Numbered from the stretch's first letter, positions 51,150-63,253 are shown. The stretch: 64,000 nt of DNA from an uncultured delta proteobacterium (GCA_963845145.1 CAWJQU010000001.1:1-64000), one strand, 5' to 3'. A program made the numbers and translations. The notes: generated from the sequence alone by a model not told the origin.

Positions 51150-51159
51150 ATACTGGAGG

Positions 51160-51221
51160 TTATAACTACCGCGTTCACGGGGCCCGCGAGAACCATGCCG
51201 CCCGTGACGCAAGCGTTATAC
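51160..51221 (+). other. attC site
   Basis: TTATAAC...gcgt(t)cacggg / cccgtgacgc...GTTATAC. Confidence 0.85.
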
Positions 51222-51244
51222 TTTAAAACAGAATTGGAATTTAA

Positions 51245-51877
51245 TTGGTTATGGGCTTTTCGACATTTTTTTCAGAACAAGCCAGAAAACCGGCAGGATT
51301 ATTCGGACGTATCATCATGTCTCTTGTCTTTGATAAAGGTAATGCCTTTTTAAATGGATTTGTCCATGAACTGATGTCGGTGCAGGCAAATGATCATGTA
51401 CTTGAAATTGGTTTCGGTACAGGGAAGCTGATTCATGAAATGGCCGCGCAGATCAGTGAAGGATATATTGAAGGTGTGGACTTTTCAAGTTCTATGGTGT
51501 CAATTGCTCAAAAAAGAAATAAGAAACATATTGCAGACGGCAGGGTGAAAATCCTGCAAGGGAATTTTGACGCGATGTCATTCAAAAAGAACTATTTTAC
51601 CAAAGCCTGTAGCGTAAATACGATATATTTCTGGCCGAAACCGGAAAACACTGCAAAAAAAATAGCGGAACTTTTGAAGCCTGAGGGTAAATTTGTTGTA
51701 GCTTTCGAGGACTATAAACAATTGAAACAAAGGAATCTAAATAGGAATGTATTCCATCTTTATTCTAAAAACGACGTTAAAACCCTTTTAATTGATGCTG
51801 GTTTTTCAACTGATGTCACTATTGAATCAAGGATGAGAGGAAAATCTGTTTTTCACTGTGTTGCTGCGATAAAATGA
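51245..51877 (+). CDS. Class I SAM-dependent methyltransferase (gene cassette)
   Basis: VLEIGFGTG, GVDFSSSM, SVNTIYFW and LKPEGKF motifs. Confidence 0.9.
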   Translation: MVMGFSTFFSEQARKPAGLFGRIIMSLVFDKGNAFLNGFVHELMSVQANDHVLEIGFGTGKLIHEMAAQISEGYIEGVDFSSSMVSIAQKRNKKHIADGRVKILQGNFDAMSFKKNYFTKACSVNTIYFWPKPENTAKKIAELLKPEGKFVVAFEDYKQLKQRNLNRNVFHLYSKNDVKTLLIDAGFSTDVTIESRMRGKSVFHCVAAIK

Positions 51878-51878
51878 G

Positions 51879-51937
51879 AGCATCAAAGCTAATTCAGCCA
51901 ACGTAAAAATCCGCGCGGCTGATTAGCAACGTTACGC
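51879..51937 (+). other. attC site (inverse core degenerate)
   Basis: gctaat(t)cagcc / ggctgattagc, then GTTACGC. Confidence 0.72.
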
Positions 51938-51977
51938 CACAAACCAACAAAGCATATTTCCGTAATTTCAAAGCACT

Positions 51978-52469
51978 ATGAATGTAATAATCGATAAAAA
52001 TCCATCAAAAGTTGAAGTTGACCGATTAAACAATCTTCTCTTTGAATATAACCAATCCAAAGTGCGAGATTATTCATACAATGATTTCATAATCAAACTT
52101 GAAGATGAATCAAAACAAATGGTAGCGGGTATACACTGCATTATTGGCGGAGGTTGGCTATATATCGATAGTTTGTGGGTAAAACAGAATCTAAGAAACG
52201 AAGGATTTGGAAAAAAACTTGTAAAAATGGCAGAGGATGAAGCTTTAAAACAAGATTGTATCGGAATATATCTCTATACTTACAGCTTCCAGAGCCCAAA
52301 ATTTTACAAGAAACTGGGCTTTAGAGAATTTGGTACATTAAACAACTTTGCCAAAGATCACAAAAAGCAATACATGGTGAAATCTTTGGTAAACACCACT
52401 GGTGGGGACGCTAAAATCATTAGCCTCACAGTTCAACCGTTATGGTGCGACACGAAGTCGCATAGTTGA
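51978..52469 (+). CDS. GNAT family N-acetyltransferase (gene cassette); the last codons read through attC into the intron
   Basis: WLYIDSLWV...RNEGFGKKL...TYSFQSPKFYKKLGF. Confidence 0.88.
   Translation: MNVIIDKNPSKVEVDRLNNLLFEYNQSKVRDYSYNDFIIKLEDESKQMVAGIHCIIGGGWLYIDSLWVKQNLRNEGFGKKLVKMAEDEALKQDCIGIYLYTYSFQSPKFYKKLGFREFGTLNNFAKDHKKQYMVKSLVNTTGGDAKIISLTVQPLWCDTKSHS
52388..52444 (+). other. attC-like site whose core GTTATG|T is interrupted by a group II intron
   Basis: actg(g)tgggg..gcta / tagc.ctcacagt hairpin, then GTTATG at 52439-52444; the exon continues TTTGAA at 53250. Confidence 0.68.
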
Positions 52470-53249
52470 GTGTATTAAGAAGTACAAGAATACCCGGCAT
52501 GTTCCTGCCGGACCTTACGCAGGCGTGCTGCCGTTGCGCTGATGACGGGGTGCGAAGCCCTGCGGACAATGTACCGAATTGGGTTTGAATGGTGACAGGA
52601 GAACCCCTCCGGAAATTCTCTCCGGTTAAGGGCTAAGGTCGGACGATATGGCTAAGATATCTGAATGTTTGTAAGCGTCGTCAATGAGCACGGGCCTAAG
52701 AGAATTAACAGGTCTAAGGCTGCTTCTCAGAGTTTACAGCAAGTGGTCAGGATGCAGGTCTTATAACTGCCTGTACGGAACCGTTGCACCACCGGCGTAA
52801 AGGACGCGCCTAAGTCGTCCATTGGATCAACTATGTGGAACGTGGGAACCCAGTCCCGTCGCCCTTTGGGCAGGCTAACCGCAAGGCATGCTGTTGGCGG
52901 GCTGGAATAGGAGGCTGAAAGAAGCAAATGCTTGGCTGTAATGGTCGGGATACCGGGTGCAATATTCTCGGCTCCGTAAGGAGGCAGACTTTCAGCGGGT
53001 CTCTGGTCACGTGAAAGGTGATTGAATCAGATGAAAGCAGGGAAAGCAAATGATGTCCACTTTTGGGTGAGACGGTGCGCTCTGCATGCCTATGGCTACT
53101 CTGACGATCATGCGGTAACGTGAAGTAAGATTAATTTGCGGGAATCCCCATAAGGGAAACCTTGGCGGAGGCTTGAGCGGTGTGACGGGAAACTGTCACG
53201 CACCGTTCTTAGGGGGCTTGGGGATGGCAACATCCCCTGGCTACCCGAC
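52445..53249 (+). ncRNA. ORF-less group II intron (IIB/CL-like), about 805 nt
   Basis: 5' GTGCG; domain V GAGCGGTGTGACGGGAAACTGTCACGCACCGTTC (53175-53208, AGC triad, GAAA loop); domain VI with bulged A ending ...CTACCCGAC. No RT ORF inside. Confidence 0.92.
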
Positions 53250-53295
53250 TTTGAATGTCTAACCTGATATTTGCTTCAAAATTCAAGGATAAACT

Positions 53296-54105
53296 TTGAG
53301 AAGTACACTGATTGACAGGTTGGTTGAAGAAAATGAAGGAAAACCTATTATATTGGGACATAGAGGTGTCAGAAAAGAAGGCTTACCAGAAAACACCATC
53401 TCAGCATTTGAAGAGGCACTCAGGCGTGGGGCTTCGGGAATTGAAGTTGATGTAGAGTCTACGTCAGATGGTAAACTTATAGTGGCAAACCGTTGGTTTT
53501 TTCAATCTGAATTCGATTTTTTTCCTTGGAAAAAATCTCTTAAAACAATCCAGGGGATTGCAAGAGAAAAGGGCATTGAAATTCCAACTTTTTCCGAAAC
53601 CTGTCGGTTTATAGGTAAGAAGAAAAACATCATATTTAATGTCGAGATTAAATCAAGCCACCCCTTTATCTGTCACACTGCACGAAAAGCCGTAAACATC
53701 ATACGTCATCACGGCATTGATGAACAGGTGATTATTTCGTCCTTTGATCTAAATACACTTCTTACCACGCGCTTTTTTCATCGCACCATTGAGACTGCAT
53801 ACCTCTTTCGAAGCGTAGATCGCGTTGTGAACCTTGAGGACAAAAAAAAGTTGTACTACATCGTTTCCTCATGGATAAATCGTACAGGCATCAAAGGGTT
53901 TCTCGCAGGGGTAGACACTTTACATCCAGAGATCTCTCTTTTCCCGAATGATTCCACAAAGAGCGTAAAATTATGGATGAAGGCTGCGAAACAGATGGGA
54001 AAACGTGTCAATACATGGACCGTGGATACGGAAGAAGATCTATCAAGAGCGATATTGGCCGGTGTAAAAATAGTAATCTCTGACAGCGTAAAAAAAGTTA
54101 TTTGA
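53296..54105 (+). CDS. Glycerophosphodiester phosphodiesterase (gene cassette)
   Basis: ILGHRG, PENTISAF, GIEVDV, NVEIKS, IISSF and NTWTVD motifs. Confidence 0.92.
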   Translation: MRSTLIDRLVEENEGKPIILGHRGVRKEGLPENTISAFEEALRRGASGIEVDVESTSDGKLIVANRWFFQSEFDFFPWKKSLKTIQGIAREKGIEIPTFSETCRFIGKKKNIIFNVEIKSSHPFICHTARKAVNIIRHHGIDEQVIISSFDLNTLLTTRFFHRTIETAYLFRSVDRVVNLEDKKKLYYIVSSWINRTGIKGFLAGVDTLHPEISLFPNDSTKSVKLWMKAAKQMGKRVNTWTVDTEEDLSRAILAGVKIVISDSVKKVI

Positions 54106-54132
54106 ATTGATTCCTTCTTTCGTAGTGAAAAA

Positions 54133-54180
54133 ATATAACCTTGCTGTTGCAGTGGACGGCTCGTTAAAAGCCCCCACGCA
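54133..54180 (+). other. Truncated attC site
   Basis: ATATAAC...gcagtggacggct / agccccac; right arm and core lost. Confidence 0.55.
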
Positions 54181-54460
54181 GATCAGTTCATCCTCAAGGG
54201 AGCCCTGATGTTCTCTACATGGTGTGGACCTGCATCACGTCCCACCATGGATATTGACCTCTTGGGAAAAATAGATAACCGGATAGACACAAGAATGTTC
54301 AATGGAGGGGTTTCATCAGGAAGGCTAAGCTGATCGGCGCACCAGAGACGTTTGAGGAAATCGCTACCGCTGTGAAACTTTTCCTCGAACCTCTTACGAG
54401 GACGATAGCTGAGCGAAAAGCGTTCAATAGTATCTGGACCGCTTCCGGACCGTGGCGGCG
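54181..54460 (+). pseudogene. AbiEii/AbiGii nucleotidyltransferase toxin remnant (internal deletion)
   Basis: QFILKGALMF..W....RPTMDIDLLG joined to the C-terminal QWRGFIRK...FLEPL...WTASGPW. Confidence 0.72.
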
Positions 54461-54521
54461 ACACCGCAGGTACCGTAAGGAGGGCTTTGCCCCTTGGCCA
54501 ATTCAGCTAAAAAGTGTGGGT

Positions 54522-54554
54522 AAAAAAGGGGTTTTGCTAAAAGCATAACCCCTT
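54522..54554 (-). terminator. Rho-independent terminator downstream of tRNA-Gln
   Basis: Minus strand aaggggttatgct-ttt-agcaaaacccctt followed by a T run. Confidence 0.7.
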
Positions 54555-54562
54555 GAATTTTT

Positions 54563-54636
54563 TGGCTGGGAGACAAGGATTCGAACCTTGGTTGGCGGAG
54601 TCAGAGTCCGCAGTCCTGCCGCTGGACGATCTCCCA
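54563..54636 (-). tRNA. tRNA-Gln (CTG)
   Basis: TGGGAGATCGTCCAGCGGCAGGACTGCGGACT-CTG-ACTCCGCCAACCAAGGTTCGAATCCTTGTCTCCCAGCCA folds as a cloverleaf with CCA. Confidence 0.96.
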
Positions 54637-54684
54637 GTGGATTTGGGAATTCTAATAATGTTTTTTATTCCATCCGTCAAGTTT

Positions 54685-54835
54685 GATGGCGTCGTAAAAA
54701 GACTCATCTACGGCGTTGTTATGGTTTTCCAGACTCTCAACATACTACATGTATAGTTTCGATCCTGTAAAACCACAACGCCTTGTATATGAGCCTTTTA
54801 ACTTAGCCATCCGTGCTACTTTTTACGTGTGCATC
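54685..54835. mobile_element. MITE-like element (151 bp) with imperfect terminal IRs and 6-bp flanking duplication
   Basis: gatggcgtcgtaaaaag...ctttttacgtgtgcatc flanked on both sides by AAGTTT; long internal hairpin. Confidence 0.75.
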
Positions 54836-54882
54836 AAGTTTGAATTCGAATGGTTTTTTCTATTTTGCCGGTTTCTCGATAC

Positions 54883-56295
54883 CTATTCCATCTGTTTCTC
54901 GATAAAGGATATCGCCCCTTGGATCCTTTTTAGAGTCTGCTCGCGACCGATGATAGCAATGATTTCAAAGATGCCCGGGCTGACCGTTTTGCCGGTTAGC
55001 GCCACGCGGACGGGTTGGGCGATTTTCCCGAGTTTTAGGCCGGTCGCTTCCATCACGGCCTTAAAAGCATCTTCGAGAGCCTTTTCTTCAAACTCGGGTA
55101 AATCCGATAGCGCCTGGTGTATGCTTTTCAACGGATTGAGGGTAGCCGGTTTTAAAAACTTTTTGGCCGCTTTTTCTTCGAAGACAATGTTGTTGTCGTA
55201 ATAAAACTGGGCGCTTTTCGCCATTTCGTCCAGGGTTTTGCTGCGAGGTATTAGCGTTTCGATGACCTTTTCCGCTGCGGCGGTCGGTTTTTCTTCGGCG
55301 TTATACCCCTGGGCTTTTAAAAATGAATGTAATTGGGGGTATAATTTTTGGGGCGTACTTTGTCGAATATGGTCCGCATTCAGGGCCTGCAGTTTATCCG
55401 GGTCGAACACGCCAGCCGACTGGCCGATATTTTCCAGGGAAAATTTTTCAATGAGATCGTCACGGGTGAAAAATTCCTGGTCGCCATGAGACCACCCCAA
55501 GCGGACGAGGTAATTGATCAATGCATCGGGCAGATAGCCCATATCCCGGTAGGCGGTTACCGACATGGCACCATGGCGCTTGCTGAGCCGGGAACGGTCA
55601 CTTCCCAATACCATGGGCACATGGCCGAAAACGGGTAGATCGGCTTCAAGGGCGTGGTAAAGCTGGATTTGCTTGGGGGTATTGTTGACATGGTCGTCGC
55701 CCCGAATCACGGTGTTGATCCCCATGGTGACATCGTCCACCACAACGACAAAATTGTAGGTCGGAATACCGTCGCTGCGTTGAATGATAAAATCGTCTAA
55801 CTCGGTGTTTTGAAAAACGATGTTGCCTTTGATCACGTCTTTGACAACAGTACTCCCGGCTTGTGGTGCGGCAAAGCGCACCACGGCATCCTCGGAATCG
55901 GATAATTCCTTATGGCGGCACGTGCCGTCGTACTTGGGTTTGCGGCCTTCGGCCTGGGCTTGTTTTCGCATCTGTTCCAGCCGCTCAGCCGAACAGGTGC
56001 AATAATAGGCCCGGCCCGCCTCAATGAGTTTTTCGATATGCTTTTTGTAAATCGCCAACCTCTGGGTTTGAAAATAGGGGCCGTCATCCCAATCGATACC
56101 CAGCCAGTTGAGGGCGTCGAAAATGGCATCCACCGATTCCTGGGTGGACCGGACGGTGTCGGTGTCTTCAATTCTTAAGATAAAGCGCCCTTTCATGTGT
56201 CGCGCGTAAAGCCAGTTAAACAGAGCCGTTCGCGCGCCTCCCAGGTGAAGGTAGCCGGTGGGGCTGGGCGGGAAACGAGTAATAATCGGGTCCAT
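54883..56295 (-). CDS. gltX: Glutamate--tRNA ligase
   Basis: RFPPSPTGYLHLGG, LRIEDTD, IRGDDH and RLSKRH motifs. Confidence 0.97.
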   Translation of the reverse strand: MDPIITRFPPSPTGYLHLGGARTALFNWLYARHMKGRFILRIEDTDTVRSTQESVDAIFDALNWLGIDWDDGPYFQTQRLAIYKKHIEKLIEAGRAYYCTCSAERLEQMRKQAQAEGRKPKYDGTCRHKELSDSEDAVVRFAAPQAGSTVVKDVIKGNIVFQNTELDDFIIQRSDGIPTYNFVVVVDDVTMGINTVIRGDDHVNNTPKQIQLYHALEADLPVFGHVPMVLGSDRSRLSKRHGAMSVTAYRDMGYLPDALINYLVRLGWSHGDQEFFTRDDLIEKFSLENIGQSAGVFDPDKLQALNADHIRQSTPQKLYPQLHSFLKAQGYNAEEKPTAAAEKVIETLIPRSKTLDEMAKSAQFYYDNNIVFEEKAAKKFLKPATLNPLKSIHQALSDLPEFEEKALEDAFKAVMEATGLKLGKIAQPVRVALTGKTVSPGIFEIIAIIGREQTLKRIQGAISFIEKQME

Positions 56296-56922
56296 GGTGA
56301 TTCCTTTTTTGTTAGGTCGAATTTTTTAGATTTATTCCTGTTTTAACTTTGTTTTCAAAATGTTAGCATTCAATATGGCTCTATTTAACATGGTTTGATT
56401 TGATATACTTGGATCAAGGCACGCCACAACCAATGTCTTTATTGCTTGACTCGATTACGCATGTCCTTATTGAAAGAGAAGATAACAGCCTGATAATTAA
56501 AAATATTATCGCAATATTATCCATACCTGAAAATGCCTGGAGGCCATGCAAGCCATTTTACTACAACTAGCCATGTGACAAGTTGAACTAGAAATTTTCT
56601 TAATTCCCAGGTAAATCCAGCCCACGGTCATTTAAAATCCACTGATTCCAGTGCGCAACAAATTTGCGATCAATTATTTTTTCTCGAGTTGTTTGATTTT
56701 AATTATATATCGTATTATATTTAAACGTTATAAGTAACAATCAGTTTTTTAGCATCGCTCGTATTACCATATCGACATCCACCAGGCAATAAAGTTTAAA
56801 TTGGATTGAACATAAAAGCGCTTGACATAGGCTTGTTTTTCAATTACTTAACGTAGGAATTTTGACGATCCAACTAAAAGGATAATATTTTAATATAAAT
56901 ACAGTTAGTTAGGAGATTACTC

Positions 56923-57105
56923 ATGGCCGTTCCAAAACGAAAGACATCCAAGTCGATAAAAAACAAGCGCCGGACCCATCAGAAAACAAGTCCCGCAACG
57001 GTCACATCCTGCCCGGAATGCGGTGAATCCAGGGAACCCCATCGGGCATGTCCCGAGTGCGGAAGCTACAAAGGCCGAACGGTCGTAGAGCCAAAGGACG
57101 ATTAG
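56923..57105 (+). CDS. rpmF: 50S ribosomal protein L32
   Basis: MAVPKRKTSKS...CPECG...HRACPECGSY. Confidence 0.97.
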   Translation: MAVPKRKTSKSIKNKRRTHQKTSPATVTSCPECGESREPHRACPECGSYKGRTVVEPKDD

Positions 57106-57138
57106 ACCCGAAGATTTAGACCCGAAGATTTAGACCCG
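57101..57138. repeat. 14-bp tandem repeat (ttagacccgaagat) x about 2.7 at the rpmF stop
   Basis: attagacccgaagatttagacccgaagatttagacccg. Confidence 0.85.
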
Positions 57139-57384
57139 GGAAAAAACCGTTTAGCAGTATTAAGTTTAGAAATATTAATAGGATGGGTTTCAACATAACA
57201 TCCAGGGCCCGGCAGGTACATGGGCCGGTGAGTGGTGCCTTAGGCACCATTTATATATCTGTTCCCGGGAACATTCTCGCAGTATCTTTACTTTGAACCG
57301 CCGGCCCGCCGGACGCATTGAATCGCGTTCAAGTAAGTGCAGAATCCCATCTTGTAAGATCGAGAAAATGAGGAGAACGACTGA

Positions 57385-59330
<1,946 letters not shown>

Positions 59331-59673
59331 TATCGGCGTTGAATTTAAAAATTTGACGGTTTAGATAATAACGCCTGAACAAAGACCCCTTTGGTTTCAC
59401 CCTTTCGGACATTAGGTCGGACATTGGGTCATAGATGCTTATCTTTGAAGCACCCAGGTTGTTTTTTCGATTATCATCTGGGTTGTTTCTTCGATTATCA
59501 TATTGATCCTGTTTGATAGTGAGAAAATTTTGGGATTGTGAAAAAATATTGCGTTTTTCTTCAGGCGTCGAGCCGGTCAGGAATCCGGTTTTCGTTTTTC
59601 TTGGAGGCGACATTCGTTCGACCGTCGCCTGTAGTTTTTTTTCCAAACCGTCCTGCCTGATGAGGAGGTTGTA

Positions 59674-60933
59674 GTGAATAGACGCGTTGTGATAACCGGT
59701 GTCGGCCTGGTGACCCCACTGGGCGTGGGAGTGGACGAATCATGGCAGGCGTTGTGCAAAGGGCGCTCCGGAGTCGGCCCCATTACACGATTTGATGCCT
59801 CAGCCTATCGCACCCAAATCGCCGCCGAAGTCAAAGGCTTCGACCCCGCAGATTTCCTGCCAAAAAAGGAAGTGTCCCGAACCCAGCCGTTTATGGCCTA
59901 TGCCATCGCAGCCACCCGGATGGCCTTGGAGGATTCAGGGCTGATTATTGACGATGCAAATACCCATCGCGTCGGTGTGATCACCGGCTGCGGACTCGGC
60001 GGGTTGTCCCTGCTTGAATCAACCTGCGAGGTTATCAACACCAAAGGACCGCGACGGGTATCCCCGTTTTTTATACCGACCTTGATCGGTAATATGGCCG
60101 CCGGAATGATCTCCATCAAATTCAACGCCAAGGGACCCAACGCTTCGCTGGCCACCGCCTGCGCCGCCGGAACCCACGCCGTGGGTGACGCCTTTAAATT
60201 GATCCAATCAGGCAAAGCGGATGCCATGATAACCGGTGGGGTCGAATCTGTTGTCACGCCCACGTGCATAGCCGGTTTCGGGGCGATGAAAGCCCTTTCC
60301 ACCCGTAACGATGACCCACAAAAAGCATCCCGCCCTTTTGATCGTGACCGTGACGGGTTTGTGGTGGGTGAAGGGGCCGGAATCGTTATCCTGGAGACAC
60401 TGGAAGCCGCCCTTGACAGAGGGGCCAATATTTATGGTGAAATGATCGGATACGGCATGAGCGGCGACGGGTTTCACATGACCGCCCCAGCGCCGGATGG
60501 TGAAGGCATGGCGCGGTGTATGCAAGCCGCCCTTGACGACGGGAATGTCTCACCTAAGGATATCGGTTATATTAACGCTCACGGCACATCAACACCCATA
60601 AACGACCTGTACGAAACCCGTGCCATCAAAACCGTTTTTAAGGATCAGGCCCCAAAAGTTCCCATCAGTTCGACCAAATCCATGACCGGTCATCTGCTGG
60701 GTGGCGCCGGTGGCATTGAAACGGTTTTTACCACCCTGGCTATCCACAATAGTATTATCCCGCCAACAGTCAATTTTGATCACCCTGGCGAAGAGTGCGA
60801 TCTGGACTATGTCCCCAAAGTGGCCCGTTCAACGAAAATCGATCTGGCTATGACTAACTCTTTTGGATTCGGCGGGACCAACGCCACCTTGATTATTGGC
60901 GCATTTGATGCCAAAGGGTCATTTGCTGACTAA
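59674..60933 (+). CDS. fabF: Beta-ketoacyl-ACP synthase II
   Basis: RRVVITG, TACAAG, INAHGTST, KSMTGHLLG and NSFGFGGTN motifs. Confidence 0.97.
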   Translation: MNRRVVITGVGLVTPLGVGVDESWQALCKGRSGVGPITRFDASAYRTQIAAEVKGFDPADFLPKKEVSRTQPFMAYAIAATRMALEDSGLIIDDANTHRVGVITGCGLGGLSLLESTCEVINTKGPRRVSPFFIPTLIGNMAAGMISIKFNAKGPNASLATACAAGTHAVGDAFKLIQSGKADAMITGGVESVVTPTCIAGFGAMKALSTRNDDPQKASRPFDRDRDGFVVGEGAGIVILETLEAALDRGANIYGEMIGYGMSGDGFHMTAPAPDGEGMARCMQAALDDGNVSPKDIGYINAHGTSTPINDLYETRAIKTVFKDQAPKVPISSTKSMTGHLLGGAGGIETVFTTLAIHNSIIPPTVNFDHPGEECDLDYVPKVARSTKIDLAMTNSFGFGGTNATLIIGAFDAKGSFAD

Positions 60934-60986
60934 CGTATTCGTTGCAAGATGTGGTAAACCATTAAGCCCAGCCAGAAGGAAATGAT

Positions 60987-61433
60987 ATGACCACCCAAAA
61001 AGCGATTATCATCGGATGCGATCATGCAGCCTACGATTTGAAGGAAATCATCAAAGCCTATTTGCTTGACAACGATCTTCCCGTGGAGGATATCGGCACC
61101 CATGGCACCCAATCGGTCCATTATCCGGAATACGGCGGCAAGGTGGCAGCACGCGTTGGTAGTGGTGAATTTGAGAGGGGAATTCTCATCTGCGGCACCG
61201 GTTTAGGCATGTCCATGGTGGCCAATCGCTATAAAAATGTTCGGGCCGCCCTTTGTAATGATCTTTTTTCGGCCGCCATGAGCCGCCGACATAACAATGC
61301 CAATATTCTTGTCATGGGCGGCCGGGTGATCGGCGTGGATCTGGCCCGGGAAATCGTACGTGTTTTTTTAAAAACCCCTTTCGATGGCGGCCGTCATCAG
61401 TTACGTATCGACCTTATTGAGCAGGCCTCCTGA
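60987..61433 (+). CDS. rpiB: Ribose-5-phosphate isomerase B
   Basis: [25 protein letters not shown] and FDGGRH motifs. Confidence 0.96.
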   Translation: MTTQKAIIIGCDHAAYDLKEIIKAYLLDNDLPVEDIGTHGTQSVHYPEYGGKVAARVGSGEFERGILICGTGLGMSMVANRYKNVRAALCNDLFSAAMSRRHNNANILVMGGRVIGVDLAREIVRVFLKTPFDGGRHQLRIDLIEQAS

Positions 61434-61449
61434 ATTAAGTAAGGAAATC

Positions 61450-62706
61450 GTGAACCTATCGTCTATTCAAAAGATCGACCCCGAAGTCGCTGAGGCCATT
61501 CGCAAGGAATGTGACCGCCAAAAAAACACCATCGAACTGATCGCCTCGGAAAATATCGCCAGCCGGGCCGTAATGGCCGCCCAGGGAAGCATCCTAACCA
61601 ATAAATACGCCGAAGGATACCCCGATCGCCGGTATTATGGGGGCTGCCGATATGTCGATGAGGCTGAAACCCTGGCCATCGAACGGGCCAAACAGCTCTT
61701 TGGCACCGATTATGCCAATGTCCAGCCGCATTCCGGGTCCCAGGCCAATATGGCGACTTATTTCGCCCTGCTCGACCCCGGGGATACGCTTCTGGCTATG
61801 GATCTCGCCCACGGCGGTCATTTGACCCATGGTAGCCCGGTCAGTTTCTCCGGTCGACTATATCGGTTTGTTCATTACGGAGTGGACAGGGAAACCGGTC
61901 GAATCAATTATGACAACGTTGCCGCCCTGGCCGAAGAACACCGCCCCAAGATGATTGTCTGCGGTGCCAGCGCGTATTCCCGTATCATCGATTTTGAGGC
62001 ATTTGGCCGAATCGCAAAATCCGTGGATGCCTTATTGTGCGTGGACATGGCCCACATCGCCGGTCTGGTAGCAGCCAGAGTCCACCCATCGCCTTTTCCC
62101 CATGCCGATATCGTCACATCGACCACCCATAAAACCCTGCGGGGGCCCCGCGGAGGGCTGATTCTCTCATCGACGACGCTCGGTAAAAAAATCAACAAGG
62201 AGATCTTCCCTGGAATTCAGGGCGGCCCGTTGATGCATGTGATTGCAGCCAAAGCCGTGGCCTTCAAAGAGGCCTTGACCGATGAATTTACAGCATATCA
62301 ACGCCAGGTTGTCACCAATGCCAAATATATGGCCTCACGATTACGGGACGGGGGTGTTGCTCTCATCAGCGACGGCACAGACAACCACATGATGCTGTTG
62401 GATTTACAAAATCTGAACATCACCGGAAAAGATGCGGAGGCTGCACTTGAAAAGGCCGGTATTACCGTCAACAAAAACAGCATTCCCTTCGATACCCTCG
62501 GTCCAATGATCACCAGCGGTATTCGCATTGGAACGCCTACGGTAACCTCCCGCCAAATGGGCGTTGACCAGATGGCCACGATTGCCGATCTGATTCTGGC
62601 CGTGCTTAAAGCGCCCCGGGATGACCAGGTGATCGCTCGTACCAAGAAAACCGTCCGGGAGTTGTGCGAGGCGTTTCCAATTTATGGAGGCCAATTTGGG
62701 GAATGA
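61450..62706 (+). CDS. glyA: Serine hydroxymethyltransferase
   Basis: [25 protein letters not shown] and [12 protein letters not shown] motifs; probable GTG start at 61450. Confidence 0.97.
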   Translation: MNLSSIQKIDPEVAEAIRKECDRQKNTIELIASENIASRAVMAAQGSILTNKYAEGYPDRRYYGGCRYVDEAETLAIERAKQLFGTDYANVQPHSGSQANMATYFALLDPGDTLLAMDLAHGGHLTHGSPVSFSGRLYRFVHYGVDRETGRINYDNVAALAEEHRPKMIVCGASAYSRIIDFEAFGRIAKSVDALLCVDMAHIAGLVAARVHPSPFPHADIVTSTTHKTLRGPRGGLILSSTTLGKKINKEIFPGIQGGPLMHVIAAKAVAFKEALTDEFTAYQRQVVTNAKYMASRLRDGGVALISDGTDNHMMLLDLQNLNITGKDAEAALEKAGITVNKNSIPFDTLGPMITSGIRIGTPTVTSRQMGVDQMATIADLILAVLKAPRDDQVIARTKKTVRELCEAFPIYGGQFGE

Positions 62707-62785
62707 ATCGGCCCTTGGGTTTAAATCGACGAATTAACGGTTGCGGCTGCCGCCCGGTATCCGCACAAAGGACTGGAGGTCGCTC

Positions 62786-63253
62786 ATGAAGTGTCCGTTT
62801 TGCAGTGAAATCGATAACAAGGTTATCGACTCCCGTTTGAGCAAGGAAGGTCTGGTTATCCGCCGGCGCCGGGAGTGTCTGATCTGTACCCGTCGATTTA
62901 CCACCTATGAGACGGTAGAAAAAATTCCCATTATGATCCTCAAAAAAGACGGCCGCAGGGAAGCCTACAACCGAGAGAAGGTAGGGGCCGGAATCAAACG
63001 GGCCTGTGAAAAACGAGATATCAGCATGGAAACCATCGACGCGTTTTTAGATGATCTGGAAGGCGATCTGCGGGAAATGGGTAAAAAGGAAATTCCGTCC
63101 CGGGATATCGGCGAGAAAGTGATGGTCAAGCTCCATGAACTCGATGATGTCGCCTATGTACGTTTTGCTTCGGTTTACCATGAGTTTAAAGACGTCAATG
63201 ACTTTGTGGCTGAATTAAAAAGCCTTCTGAGTCAGGAAAACCAGACCAATTAA
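62786..63253 (+). CDS. nrdR: Transcriptional repressor NrdR
   Basis: MKCPFC...VIDSR...IRRRREC..C..RFTTYE and VAYVRFASVY. Confidence 0.97.
   Translation: MKCPFCSEIDNKVIDSRLSKEGLVIRRRRECLICTRRFTTYETVEKIPIMILKKDGRREAYNREKVGAGIKRACEKRDISMETIDAFLDDLEGDLREMGKKEIPSRDIGEKVMVKLHELDDVAYVRFASVYHEFKDVNDFVAELKSLLSQENQTN

Noticed and set aside
52727..53049. Short minus-strand ORFs inside the intron as an intron-encoded protein
   Set aside because: Wrong strand and no RT motifs (no YADD); they are antisense to ribozyme domains.
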